From the NCBI GenBank assembly GCA_965249725.1, contig CBDFMQ010000001.1, forward strand, positions 347,723-411,722: 64,000 nt of DNA, written 5' to 3'. The notes under the pieces are model-generated. The model was not told the DNA's origin. It saw nothing but the letters and a program-made list of their open reading frames with translations, and ran no database searches. The stretch comes from Longimicrobiales bacterium (GTDB taxonomy: Bacteria; Gemmatimonadota; Gemmatimonadetes; Longimicrobiales; Gaopeijiaceae). Below, in pieces: positions 20,684 through 30,323 of this stretch. Position numbers and translations under genes: made by a program. Position 1 is the first letter of the stretch, and each line of letters begins with the position of its first letter.

Positions 20684-22377
20684 GTGAATCCACTAGGTGC
20701 CCTCTTGCTGTACGGAGCACTGGCGTTGACCACCACGCTCGTCCTCACGCCTGTCGTGAGGAGCGCAGCGATGCGGTGGGGCCGCATCTCCCAGGCCCAG
20801 CCGGATCGCTGGCACGAGAGACCCACCCCGAATGTCGGTGGTGTGGCCATCTTTGCGGGATTCGCGCTGGCCGTCATCGTCGGCACTGTGCTCGATTCGG
20901 GCAACCTGGCGAGCCTCGACCTGTCGGAGCGGGCCGTCGTGCCCCTCACTCACCGCGAGGGTCTGCTCCTCGCATCGGTACTGATCTTCGTTATTGGTCT
21001 GGTAGACGATTTCGTCCCTTTACGGCCCAGCACGAAGTTGGTCGGAGAGTTGGCCGCGGCAGCGGTGCTGCTCATGAGTGGCATCGGAGTATGGTTTACG
21101 GGGGTCTATGTCGTCGACGTCATGGTGTCGCTGTTCTGGTTCATCGGCATCACCAATGCCCTGAATCTGCTCGACAACATGGATGGTCTGGCGGCAGGGG
21201 TGGGGGCCATCGCCGCCGCCTTCTTGGGCATCAACTTCCTCATCGCCGGGGACATGGGCCTGGCCGGGGTGTCGTCGTCATCGTCCCGGCTGTGGTGCTG
21301 GCAGTCCCGATACTCGATACGACCTTCGTCACGGTCACTCGTCTTCTGGAGGGGCGCGCCGTGTCAAAAGGGGGGAGGGATCACACGTCACACGGTCTGG
21401 TGGCCCTGGGCATCCCGGAGAAGCGAGCGGTGTGGCTGTTGTGGGGTCTCGCGGCTTGTGGAGGCGTGATCGGTCTCGTCATCCGGTCCACGAGCCGCAC
21501 GGTGGCGTATCTCATGGGTGGCGGAGTGTTAGTCCTCCTCACACTTGTCGGTCTTTACCTGCTCACCTCACGCATGTCGGCCCTGGACCGCCCCGGAGAG
21601 ACCACGGAGGGGGTCGGGGCGAGCGGGTTCAACCGTCTTCTGCGGTTGCACCATCGGTTTCCCGTTCTCGCGGTACTCATGGATGTGGGAATCGTCACGG
21701 TGGCCTATTACGGTGCCTACCTGATTCGGTGGGACACCGACCAGCTTCCGGCTGAGCTCGCATACTTCCGTCGGACGTTGGCCATGGTGCTGGCACTCAA
21801 GATGATCGCCTTTGCGGCGGCGTCAGTCTACGCGCCCCGATGGCGTCACTACAGCCTTTCCGACGCGCTCGTGACGATCCGAGCCAACCTCTTTGGAACG
21901 CTACTCACCGCCTCGGTTCTCCTCCTGATGGCCCGTATTGGGCTTTCTCGCGGAGTGCTGGTCGTTGATTTCCTCTTGTGCACGAGTCTCACCATCGTGG
22001 CCCGGGGGTCCTTTCGGTTTATCGAGGACGCGGTGGAGAAGTGGTCGGTCGAGGGCGTCCCGGTGGCGATCATTGGCCGCATCGCGGATGCCGAACTGGC
22101 CTTCAAGGCGCTTCGGGGCGTCTCCGAGCCCAACCTTCGGCCCGTGGCGGTCGTGGATCGTACCTATGCGGGAGAGAAGGGGCGGCTGCGAGGTTACCCG
22201 ATCCTGGGGGGAGCCGATGGCATCAGGAGGGCTGTTCGCGATTTCGGAGTCAACGCTGTGGTCGTGGTGGATCGTAGGAGCTCCGGCGGCGTGCGCGACG
22301 AGCTCCTCGAGGAGTATCTCGCGACCACGGGCGCGCTCGACGTGTTCGTCCTCCGAATCTCGCTGGAGCCGGCGTAG
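20684..22377 (+). pseudogene. WecA/MraY-family (GT4_PNPT) polyprenyl-phosphate sugar-1-P transferase fused to a sugar-transferase-type C-terminal region; frameshift plus internal deletion near 21270
   Basis: TPNVGGVAI, GLVDD, NALNLLDNMDGL in frame 1; PILDT, GGRDHTSH in frame 2; the FMGDxGS segment is absent. Confidence 0.8.
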
Positions 22378-22380
22378 CGC

Positions 22381-23604
22381 TTGAAGAACGTTCTGTACAT
22401 CTCCTACGACGGCCTGACGGATCCTTTAGGACAATCTCAGGTCATTCCCTATTTGACCGGACTCGCGAGGCTGGGACACAGCATCACGGTCCTCAGCTGT
22501 GAGAAGCGGCACAATTTCGACCAGCACGAGGTTCGCTGCGCGCGGATTCTGGAAGAACACGGAATCGCCTGGCATCACGTGCCCTATACCAAGCGACCGC
22601 CGGTCTTCTCTACGTGGCGCGACTTGCGGCGCATGGAGGCGACGGGACACCGCCTGCTGAGAGCCGGCAGCTTCGACGTCCTGCACTGCCGCACGGTCCT
22701 TTCAACGATGGTGGGACACAATCTCCGGAAGCGCTACCGGACCAAACTCATCTTCGACATTCGAGGCTTCTGGGCCGATGAACGTGTCGACGGCAGGCTC
22801 TGGAATCTGGCCAATCCGCTCTATCGGATTCTCTACCACTACTTCAAGAGCCTCGAGTCACGCTTCCTGTGCGAGGCCGATCTCGTCGTCACGCTCACCG
22901 AACGGGCGAGGGATTTCGTTCGGTCTCAGGACGGCCCGGGCGACTGCGCACCGAACGTCCATGTGATCCCGACCTGCGTGGACACAGAGCACTTTGCGCC
23001 GGACCGCTTTGGTAGTGGAGCTTCGGCAGAGGCGAGACGTCAGCTTGGTATTCCCGCCGACAGCTTCGTCCTGACCTATCTGGGCTCGCTGGGAACCCGC
23101 TATATGCTTCGGGAAATGATGCAGTTCTTTGCCATACTCGCGCGCGAGGTCCCGGAAGCACGCTTCCTCATCGTGACACGAGATGACCCGGGAATAGTCC
23201 TCTCGGCCGCGGCCGCGGCGGGCGTCGACGCGTCGCACGTCGTGCTCGCCCCGAGCGCCTACGACGACATCCCCGCCGTTATCGCCGTGTCCGACGCGTC
23301 GGTGTTCTTCATCAGGCTGGGGAACAGTGGTAAGGCAGTGTCACCGACCAAACAGGCCGAGCTGCTGGCGATGGGTGTTCCGGTGGTCTGTAACGCAGGG
23401 ATCGGCGATTGTGACGAGATCGTGGGCGGCACGGGAGCTGGGGTCGTCCTCGAGTCCATGGACGAGATCGGGTTCCTGGCGGCGGCTGATCGACTTCGGG
23501 AGTGGCGAGGCCTCGACCCCGGGTCCATCCGGGCGGTAGCCCTTGAGCTTCTCTCGCTGGAGAGCGGTATTCAGCGCTATCACGAAGCGTGGGAGTCGCT
23601 CTAA
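22381..23604 (+). CDS. Glycosyltransferase family 4
   Basis: VLYISYDGL.DPLGQSQV, IFDIRGFW.DE, SPTK.AELLAMGVPVV. Confidence 0.88.
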   Translation: MKNVLYISYDGLTDPLGQSQVIPYLTGLARLGHSITVLSCEKRHNFDQHEVRCARILEEHGIAWHHVPYTKRPPVFSTWRDLRRMEATGHRLLRAGSFDVLHCRTVLSTMVGHNLRKRYRTKLIFDIRGFWADERVDGRLWNLANPLYRILYHYFKSLESRFLCEADLVVTLTERARDFVRSQDGPGDCAPNVHVIPTCVDTEHFAPDRFGSGASAEARRQLGIPADSFVLTYLGSLGTRYMLREMMQFFAILAREVPEARFLIVTRDDPGIVLSAAAAAGVDASHVVLAPSAYDDIPAVIAVSDASVFFIRLGNSGKAVSPTKQAELLAMGVPVVCNAGIGDCDEIVGGTGAGVVLESMDEIGFLAAADRLREWRGLDPGSIRAVALELLSLESGIQRYHEAWESL

Positions 23605-24512
23605 CCGTGGACTACAGCCGTGCTCCCGACGACTGGATCGAGACGGCCTTCGGGCGGGTGGCCGCTTTCGATAGCGATGCAGACGCGAACGTCGATGCAC
23701 GCACTGTGACGTCCTTCGGTGAGGAATGGACGAAGTTCAGCGGCTTCACGGAGGATGAGATTGAACGGATCGGGGCTGAGTATTTCGACGTGGTCGACGA
23801 ATCGATGCTCGACCGCGATTCCTATGTACTCGATCTGGGCTGCGGGTCGGGACGTTGGTCACGCTACGTCGCTCGGCGCTGTCGCTTCGTCGAGGCGGTG
23901 GATCCCAGCACCGCGGTAGTCGCCGCTCAGGGGCAGGTGAGAGATCTGCGTAACGTTCGAGTAACCCAGGCGTCCGTCGGCACACTTCCGTTCGAGGACG
24001 GGGTCTTCGATTTCATTCTCTGCCTCGGGGCCCTCCATCACATTCCGGATACGGCCCGCGCCTTGAAGGCTGCCGCAGAGAAGCTCCGCCCGGGAGGCTG
24101 GATTCTCTTGTACGTGTACTATGCGCTTGACAATCGCGATGTCGCGTATCGGCTTCTGTTTCGCATGTCGGATCTGGTACGCCGCGCGATCTCACGACTC
24201 CCTGGGGGTCTGAAACGGGTGGCCTGTGATGGAATCGCGGCGGCGGTCTACCTTCCGCTCGTTACGGTCGCTCGCGGGATTGGTTTGGTCTTCGGGCCGG
24301 CAACGGCCGAGAAGGTCCCGCTGCATTACTACGCTGACAAGAGTTGGCACGTCATCAGAAACGACGCCCTGGACCGTTTCGGCACACCTCTGGAGCAGCG
24401 GTTCACTCGTGCCGAGATCGCCGAGATGATGACAGACTGTGGCCTCGTCGACCTGAGGTTCTCGGACCGAATGCCGTGTTGGCACGTTGTGGGTCGCAGG
24501 GCGGAGCCGTGA
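23589..24512 (+). CDS. Class I SAM-dependent methyltransferase
   Basis: TVTSFGEEW, VLDLGCGSGR, FDFI..LGALHH, LRPGG. Confidence 0.88.
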   Translation: MGVALTVDYSRAPDDWIETAFGRVAAFDSDADANVDARTVTSFGEEWTKFSGFTEDEIERIGAEYFDVVDESMLDRDSYVLDLGCGSGRWSRYVARRCRFVEAVDPSTAVVAAQGQVRDLRNVRVTQASVGTLPFEDGVFDFILCLGALHHIPDTARALKAAAEKLRPGGWILLYVYYALDNRDVAYRLLFRMSDLVRRAISRLPGGLKRVACDGIAAAVYLPLVTVARGIGLVFGPATAEKVPLHYYADKSWHVIRNDALDRFGTPLEQRFTRAEIAEMMTDCGLVDLRFSDRMPCWHVVGRRAEP

Positions 24513-25621
24513 AGCGACTCCTGGTTATCTGCCCACATCCGGTGAACATGGTGCCGGGTCAGCGACTGAAGTACGAACAGTACTTCGATCATTGGCGCGA
24601 AAACGGATATCACGTGGAGGTCTCCGCGTTCATGACCCGACGCTTCCAAGACATCGTGTATCAACCTGGCCGGATTCCCGAAAAGCTCTTCTGGGTGGTC
24701 TGGGGCTATCTCCGGAGAATCGGGGATCTGCTCCGGCTTCGCCGGTACGATGGCGTCTACGTTTTTCTTTGGGTGACCCCACTCGGCCCGCCGCTCTTCG
24801 AGTGGCTCTTCTCCATCATGTCCAGGCGCATCGTCTACGACATCGACGACATGGTCTTCCTCGGGCATTCGAGCGAGGCCAACCGCTTCATGCAGATTCT
24901 GAAGGGCCGCCGGAAGATGACCCACCTGATGCGCAAGGCCGATCACGTTATCGTTTGCACCCCGCACCTGGAGGCGTTCGTCAACCGTTACAATGTCCAG
25001 ACGACGGACATCTCATCGACGATCGATACGGAGCGTTACCTTCCGGTGAACACTTACGCCGACGATCGACCGCTTACGCTGGGGTGGAGTGGCAGCCACA
25101 GCACGGCGAAGTACCTCCATCTGCTGGACGACGCGCTGCGAGAGCTGGCCGGCGAGATCGACTTTCGCTTGAAGGTCATTGGCGACCCGACGTTCTCGGT
25201 CGAGGGCGTCGGCGTCGATGCGCAGGCATGGGCCGAACCGACCGAGGTACAGGATCTTCAGGAGATCGACATCGGCCTGTATCCGCTGCCTGACGAGGAG
25301 TGGGTGCTCGGCAAGAGCGGACTGAAGGCGCTCCAATACATGGCCCTGGGAATTCCCACCATCGCCACGGACGTTGGAGCGATCCGGCGCATCATCGACC
25401 ATGGCACGAATGGTCTGCTCGTGAGCGATCCGAATGGCTGGACGGAGGCCATCCTCCGGCTCGCGAAGAGCCAGGAGCTGCGAAGGTCCATGGGCCTCGC
25501 GGGGCGGGGGACGGTGGTCGACCGGTTCTCCGTTCGGGCGAATGAGCAGAGGTATCTCGGGGTGCTCAGGGCGGTGCTCAGTGGGGCCGGAGCCGACGAC
25601 GAGGGGACGGGCGCCGCGTGA
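24509..25621 (+). CDS. Glycosyltransferase family 4
   Basis: PGQR..YEQY, YDIDD, LGWSGS, DIGLYPL, GKSGLKALQYMALGIP; GTG start at 24509. Confidence 0.9.
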   Translation: MKRLLVICPHPVNMVPGQRLKYEQYFDHWRENGYHVEVSAFMTRRFQDIVYQPGRIPEKLFWVVWGYLRRIGDLLRLRRYDGVYVFLWVTPLGPPLFEWLFSIMSRRIVYDIDDMVFLGHSSEANRFMQILKGRRKMTHLMRKADHVIVCTPHLEAFVNRYNVQTTDISSTIDTERYLPVNTYADDRPLTLGWSGSHSTAKYLHLLDDALRELAGEIDFRLKVIGDPTFSVEGVGVDAQAWAEPTEVQDLQEIDIGLYPLPDEEWVLGKSGLKALQYMALGIPTIATDVGAIRRIIDHGTNGLLVSDPNGWTEAILRLAKSQELRRSMGLAGRGTVVDRFSVRANEQRYLGVLRAVLSGAGADDEGTGAA

Positions 25622-26421
25622 GTGGTCGGGGATGGCTGGGGGGCAAGATCCGTACGCTCGTGTGGTTCTTGGTTCGCCCACGCTTCTACGGGCAAGCGAT
25701 GAGGGCCGTCCGGTACCGGCTGCTTCCACATCCGGGCGAAAGAACCCGTGACCAGGCTACCGAATGGTGTCGGGCGCGTGCCATCTCTACCGCCGATGCG
25801 CTGGAACACCTGCTAGGCCCCGGTGAGCGGCGGCCGATGTCGGAGGTCGAGGACGCGCGCTATACGGGCGCTCTCGAGGCTGCGGGCGAGGTACCCGTCT
25901 TCATGGGAGGGCCGGGAGATCTGGATCTACTTTTTCACCTCGCCGGGCATGAACGGGTGCGAACGGCAATCGAGACAGGTGTCGCCTTTGGATGGTCATC
26001 TCTGGCTATACTCCTCGGGATGAGGTCAGAGGGACGACTCTTCAGCACCGATATGCCTTATGTTCGCGGAGGCAACGAAGACTACGTCGGTTGCGTGGTG
26101 CCGGATGACCTTCGCGGAGGATGGACACTCATCCGCCTTGCCGACAGGCAAGCCCTCCCCATCGCCCTGAAGGCGTCGGGCCCGATCCAACTGTGCCACT
26201 ACGACAGTGACAAGACTCATGTCGGACGCATGTGGGCGTACGCCCTGCTGTGGGATGCCCTCGAACCCGGCGGTTACTTCGTATCGGACGACGTGAGCGA
26301 CAACGAGGCGTTCAGGGTTTTTGCGGAGGGGGTCGGACTCGAGCCGACCGTGATTCGCCCAAGAACCGAAGGCGAGAAGTACGTGGGCGTCTTGATGAAG
26401 ACCGGAGGAACGCCGAGCTAG
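25618..26421 (+). CDS. Class I SAM-dependent methyltransferase (Methyltransf_24-like)
   Basis: IETGVAFGWSS, HYDSDK, L.PGG.FVSDDV.DN. Confidence 0.82.
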   Translation: MSGRGWLGGKIRTLVWFLVRPRFYGQAMRAVRYRLLPHPGERTRDQATEWCRARAISTADALEHLLGPGERRPMSEVEDARYTGALEAAGEVPVFMGGPGDLDLLFHLAGHERVRTAIETGVAFGWSSLAILLGMRSEGRLFSTDMPYVRGGNEDYVGCVVPDDLRGGWTLIRLADRQALPIALKASGPIQLCHYDSDKTHVGRMWAYALLWDALEPGGYFVSDDVSDNEAFRVFAEGVGLEPTVIRPRTEGEKYVGVLMKTGGTPS

Positions 26422-27533
26422 GTGCTTCGACACGCCTCCCGATACATCGTCGAGAGAGCGTCGACCATTCCCTGGGCTTGAAACCGGGACTCTACGTCCT
26501 GCCGTCCCTGCTCGACAATGCGCCCCGCGAGCGTTTCGTCGCCCAGGATGCGGAGGATAGCCTCGGCCGTCCGTTCGGGAGCCTGGTACGGGACCACCAG
26601 GGCGTTCCGTTCATGCTCAATGAACTCACTGCCCACGCCCGCGAGCGTGAAGACGCTGGGGACGCCGGCCGCCAGCGCTTCGACGTAGGTCTGGCCGAAC
26701 GCCTCGATTCTGAGGTCGATGGGTGTGTGGACGTACACATCGAACAGCCGATAGAGGTCGTGCTCGAACGGGATCTCGAGATGGTTCTGGGGCGGAAGAG
26801 TCTGGACTGCCGCGCGGGTGGCCGAAGCCCCACGGGCATTGGCGAAGATGAACAACGCGTTAGGATACTCGCTAAGGACCAGCCTGGCCGCCTCGACAAT
26901 CCCTTCGATGCCTTTCCAGGCGATGTAGCGTGCGATGATGCCGACCACCGGATGCGCCGATCCGATCGCGTACCTCTCCCGAAGCGCCTGGACCCTCTCG
27001 TCCGAGATATTATCGAAGTCCGCGAACTGGAACCCGTGGTGGACGAGCCGTATCTTGCGGTCCGGCACCCGTTCCATCTCTCCAAGAACGAAACGGACGT
27101 TCTCGCTGATCGCTACCACGTGTGTCGCCAGGCTGTTGAGGAGTCGGTCGATTATGACCCAACGGGGGGCATAATCGTGGTGGAAAGTCGAATGGTGACG
27201 GGTGTAGACCCGCTGGGGAATCCGAAGTAGCCTGGCTGCGATGAGCCCGACCATGTTCGCGGGCAGGAGGTGGGCGTGGACCGTCTCCGGCCGTGACCGT
27301 CGGAGCAGCCTTATCGTCCGCCAAAGCGCCCTCGGTAGGTCGCGATATCCACGGTACGTCACTCTGTCCCAGGGGATACCCCTACGGGTCAACTCGCCCT
27401 CCAGTGCGGACGGGCCCGGATTGAGGAGGATGAAGCTGAGTTCGAATCGATCGGAGTCCAGCAGGTCCGCCACCCACTCGAACGCTATGGCCTTGTCGAT
27501 ATCGGCCAGTATGTACACCACCCGTTGGGACAT
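26418..27533 (-). CDS. Glycosyltransferase family 4
   Basis: VHAHL, IARYIAWKG, EAFGQTYVEALAAGVP. Confidence 0.9.
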   Translation of the reverse strand: MSQRVVYILADIDKAIAFEWVADLLDSDRFELSFILLNPGPSALEGELTRRGIPWDRVTYRGYRDLPRALWRTIRLLRRSRPETVHAHLLPANMVGLIAARLLRIPQRVYTRHHSTFHHDYAPRWVIIDRLLNSLATHVVAISENVRFVLGEMERVPDRKIRLVHHGFQFADFDNISDERVQALRERYAIGSAHPVVGIIARYIAWKGIEGIVEAARLVLSEYPNALFIFANARGASATRAAVQTLPPQNHLEIPFEHDLYRLFDVYVHTPIDLRIEAFGQTYVEALAAGVPSVFTLAGVGSEFIEHERNALVVPYQAPERTAEAILRILGDETLAGRIVEQGRQDVESRFQAQGMVDALSTMYREACRST

Positions 27534-27646
27534 ATGCTCCTACGGAGTTGCGTCGATCGAGAGGAGTTTCGGTCCGAAAGCTAGCGCGCTCGGGACGGAG
27601 TCGCACCGGATCCGCAACACGCTGCCCGCCACGACTGGTGGGCGGC

Positions 27647-28558
27647 ATGCGTGAGCGGGCAACATTCGCCGTCGTAATCCCCACGTACAACCGGGCGGAG
27701 CGACTCGTCCGCACCCTGGATACCGTTTTCCAGCAGGAGGAGCCCGCCACGGAAGTTATTGTGGTGGACGATGCCTCCACGGACGAAACCCGGACCGTTG
27801 TCGAGGCGCTGGCTGCGACCCACCCGGAACTGAGATACGTTCGGCATGCAGCCAACCAGGAACGTGCCGTATCGCGCAACACCGGCACGAGCCACGCCAC
27901 CGCCGACTACGTGACGTTCCTGGACTCGGACGACCTGATGTACCCTCAGAATCTTAGGGAAGCGGCCGACTTCGTGGCGGACACGGGTGCCAGGTTCTTC
28001 CACAACCTGTTCCACAGCATCGACGAGGCCGGCAACCACCTCAGGCACTTCCCGGCACCGCGATTGGGCAATCCGCTCCGGGCCCTGGCTCTGGGGAATT
28101 TTCCGTCGTGCATCGGCGTCTTCGTCCACCGTGAGATCTATACCGCGTACCAATTCGACACGGACCCGGTGCTCATCAGTTCGGAGGACTATGAGCTGTG
28201 GCTCCGCGTAATGGTCGACTACCCCATTCAGCGCATCCCACGCGTGAACAGTGCATTCGTGCACCATGCGGGCCGATCCATGGTCAACCAGAATCTGGAC
28301 ACCGCGGAACGCCGTATCGAGTACATCCTCGAGAAGATCCGCTCGGATCCGAAGCTGCAGCAGGCATACGGCCCCTATCTGGGTCGCATGTACGCAGGAC
28401 GGATGTGCTTCCTCGCAAGCTTGGCGAACGATAATGGCGAGTCTCCGGCCGCACTGGCCTATTTGAAGCGCGCCGTGACGGAGTACCCCATAATCGCGGT
28501 TTACCCCCGGTTCGTCCGCTGCCTCCAGTTGGCGATCCTGAACAGCGTTCGTGGTTGA
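27647..28558 (+). CDS. Glycosyltransferase family 2
   Basis: VVIPTYNR, VVDDASTD, SRNTG, FLDSDD, EDYELWLR. Confidence 0.92.
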   Translation: MRERATFAVVIPTYNRAERLVRTLDTVFQQEEPATEVIVVDDASTDETRTVVEALAATHPELRYVRHAANQERAVSRNTGTSHATADYVTFLDSDDLMYPQNLREAADFVADTGARFFHNLFHSIDEAGNHLRHFPAPRLGNPLRALALGNFPSCIGVFVHREIYTAYQFDTDPVLISSEDYELWLRVMVDYPIQRIPRVNSAFVHHAGRSMVNQNLDTAERRIEYILEKIRSDPKLQQAYGPYLGRMYAGRMCFLASLANDNGESPAALAYLKRAVTEYPIIAVYPRFVRCLQLAILNSVRG

Positions 28559-28663
28559 ACTCGGCAGCCGCATCGAGCTTGGGTCCGCCGGATCATCGAT
28601 TCCGCCTCGACATCCAGAGGCTCAGGGGCGTGGCGGAGGGGCGGGTTTGTACGATCTTGGTCG

Positions 28664-29698
28664 TCAGATCGGCAGAGGCACCTCGCAGCCGGTCTTGGCG
28701 GACTCGTAGATCCCGCGGACGAGTTCGAGGGACTTTCGGCCTTCGCGGCCGTCCGTGCCCGCGTCGGCCTCTCCCCGGAGCACGGCCAACACATTTCGGT
28801 AGTACGGCTCGTGCCCTGAGCCATAGACGGAGTCGGGGTTGGAATTGGCTTTCTCGACCAGCAAGTCGTCGTCGTCGGCCTCGGCGAATTCCCACTTCTC
28901 GATCTTGTTCACCGCCGTGCCACCTATCTTGACCGTGCCGTTCTCGCCGAGGATGGTGAGCGATCCTTCCATGTTCTTGGGATAGGTGAGCATCGTGACC
29001 TCGAGCACGCCGATTCCACCGTGCCGAAACCGGAGAATTGCGGCCCCCGTGTCCTCCGCTTCGATGCTTCGGGCCAGGGTCACGGTCTTCGCCATGACCG
29101 ATTCCACCGTCCCGCCCAGCCAAAGAACGAGATCGACGTAGTGGGACGCCTGGTTCATGAAGGCACCGCCATCGAACTCCCAGGTGCCCCGCCACTTCGC
29201 CATATCGTAGTACTCCTGGGGTCGGGTCCACCGGACCGTCGCGTTCACCAGGTGGATACGCCCGAAGCGTCCCTTTTCGACGGCCGACTTCACGAGCTGG
29301 ACCGGAGGATTCAGCCGGTTCTGCTTGACCACGAAGAGGTGCACTTTTGCCTCATCACAGGCCTGAACCAGTTCGTCCGCGGCCTCTAGGGTGATGGCCA
29401 TGGGCTTCTCGGAGATCACGTGCTTTCCGGCCCGCGCCGCCACGATGCCGTGCGCCGGATGGAGGCCCGACGGGGTCGCGATGGTGACCGCATCGCAGTC
29501 GGCATGCCCCAACATGTCCTCGATCGACCCGAACGAAGGCACCGACCATTGGTTCCCGGCCGCCTGAGCGCGGTCCGCGTCGATGTCCGAGACGGCCGTC
29601 AGCTCGAGCCCGTCGATGGCATCGATGGCCTCGAAGTGGTTCTTGCTGATGCGACCGCAGCCGACGAGGGCGATCCTGAACGACGACTGGTCACTCAT
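28664..29698 (-). CDS. Gfo/Idh/MocA oxidoreductase, WbpB/WlbA-like UDP-GlcNAcA 3-dehydrogenase
   Basis: ALVGCGRI, TPSGLH, EKPMA, VVKQNRLN, WRGTWEFDGGAFMNQASH. Confidence 0.88.
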   Translation of the reverse strand: MSDQSSFRIALVGCGRISKNHFEAIDAIDGLELTAVSDIDADRAQAAGNQWSVPSFGSIEDMLGHADCDAVTIATPSGLHPAHGIVAARAGKHVISEKPMAITLEAADELVQACDEAKVHLFVVKQNRLNPPVQLVKSAVEKGRFGRIHLVNATVRWTRPQEYYDMAKWRGTWEFDGGAFMNQASHYVDLVLWLGGTVESVMAKTVTLARSIEAEDTGAAILRFRHGGIGVLEVTMLTYPKNMEGSLTILGENGTVKIGGTAVNKIEKWEFAEADDDDLLVEKANSNPDSVYGSGHEPYYRNVLAVLRGEADAGTDGREGRKSLELVRGIYESAKTGCEVPLPI

Positions 29699-30323
29699 TG
29701 TGCGGCTCCGCGTTGGGGGACTCCGCGTTGGGGGACTCAACCATCTCCGCGGCGTCGGACGTCACCACATATGCGGTGTCACACTCGTCGCAGACTACCC
29801 GTCCGTCCGCGGACGCGAGTTTGACGCCGCAGCGACAGGCCCACCCGATGCGCCGGGCAGGCACACCAGCGACGAGCGCGAAGTCCGGGACGTCCTTGGT
29901 CACCACCGCCCCGGCCGCGACGAATGAGTAGGCCCCCAACGTCGATCCGCAGACGATGGTGGCGTTGGCGCCGATCGTCGCGCCCCGCTTCACGAGAGTC
30001 TTCAGATACTCGTGTTTCCGGACCACTTGGCTGCGCGGGTTGATCACATTGGTGAAGACCATCGAGGGACCGCAGAAGACGTCAGCCTCGAGCTCGACCC
30101 CTTCGTAAACGGAGACGTTGTTCTGGATCTTCACCCGGTCCCCGATCTTGACCCGTCCCATGACGACCACGTTTTGACCGAGGGAGCAGTCCGAGCCGAT
30201 TTCCGCTCCCGGCATGACATGGCAGAAGTGCCAGATCTTGGTCCCCGCACCGACGATGGCCCCGGAATCCACGTAGCTGGACTCGTGGACGAAGAAGTCG
30301 GGTGTGCCGTCGGTAGTGTTCAT
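29691..30323 (-). CDS. Hexapeptide-repeat N-acetyltransferase, WbpD/WlbB-like
   Basis: TKIWHFCH, SLGQNV, KIQNNVSVY, FCGPSMVFTNV.NPR, GVPARRIGW.C.CG. Confidence 0.9.
   Translation of the reverse strand: MNTTDGTPDFFVHESSYVDSGAIVGAGTKIWHFCHVMPGAEIGSDCSLGQNVVVMGRVKIGDRVKIQNNVSVYEGVELEADVFCGPSMVFTNVINPRSQVVRKHEYLKTLVKRGATIGANATIVCGSTLGAYSFVAAGAVVTKDVPDFALVAGVPARRIGWACRCGVKLASADGRVVCDECDTAYVVTSDAAEMVESPNAESPNAEPHNE

Noticed and set aside
29706..29738. 15-bp tandem repeat (AESPN) at the end of the acetyltransferase
   Set aside because: Only about two copies in a dispensable tail; trivial slippage
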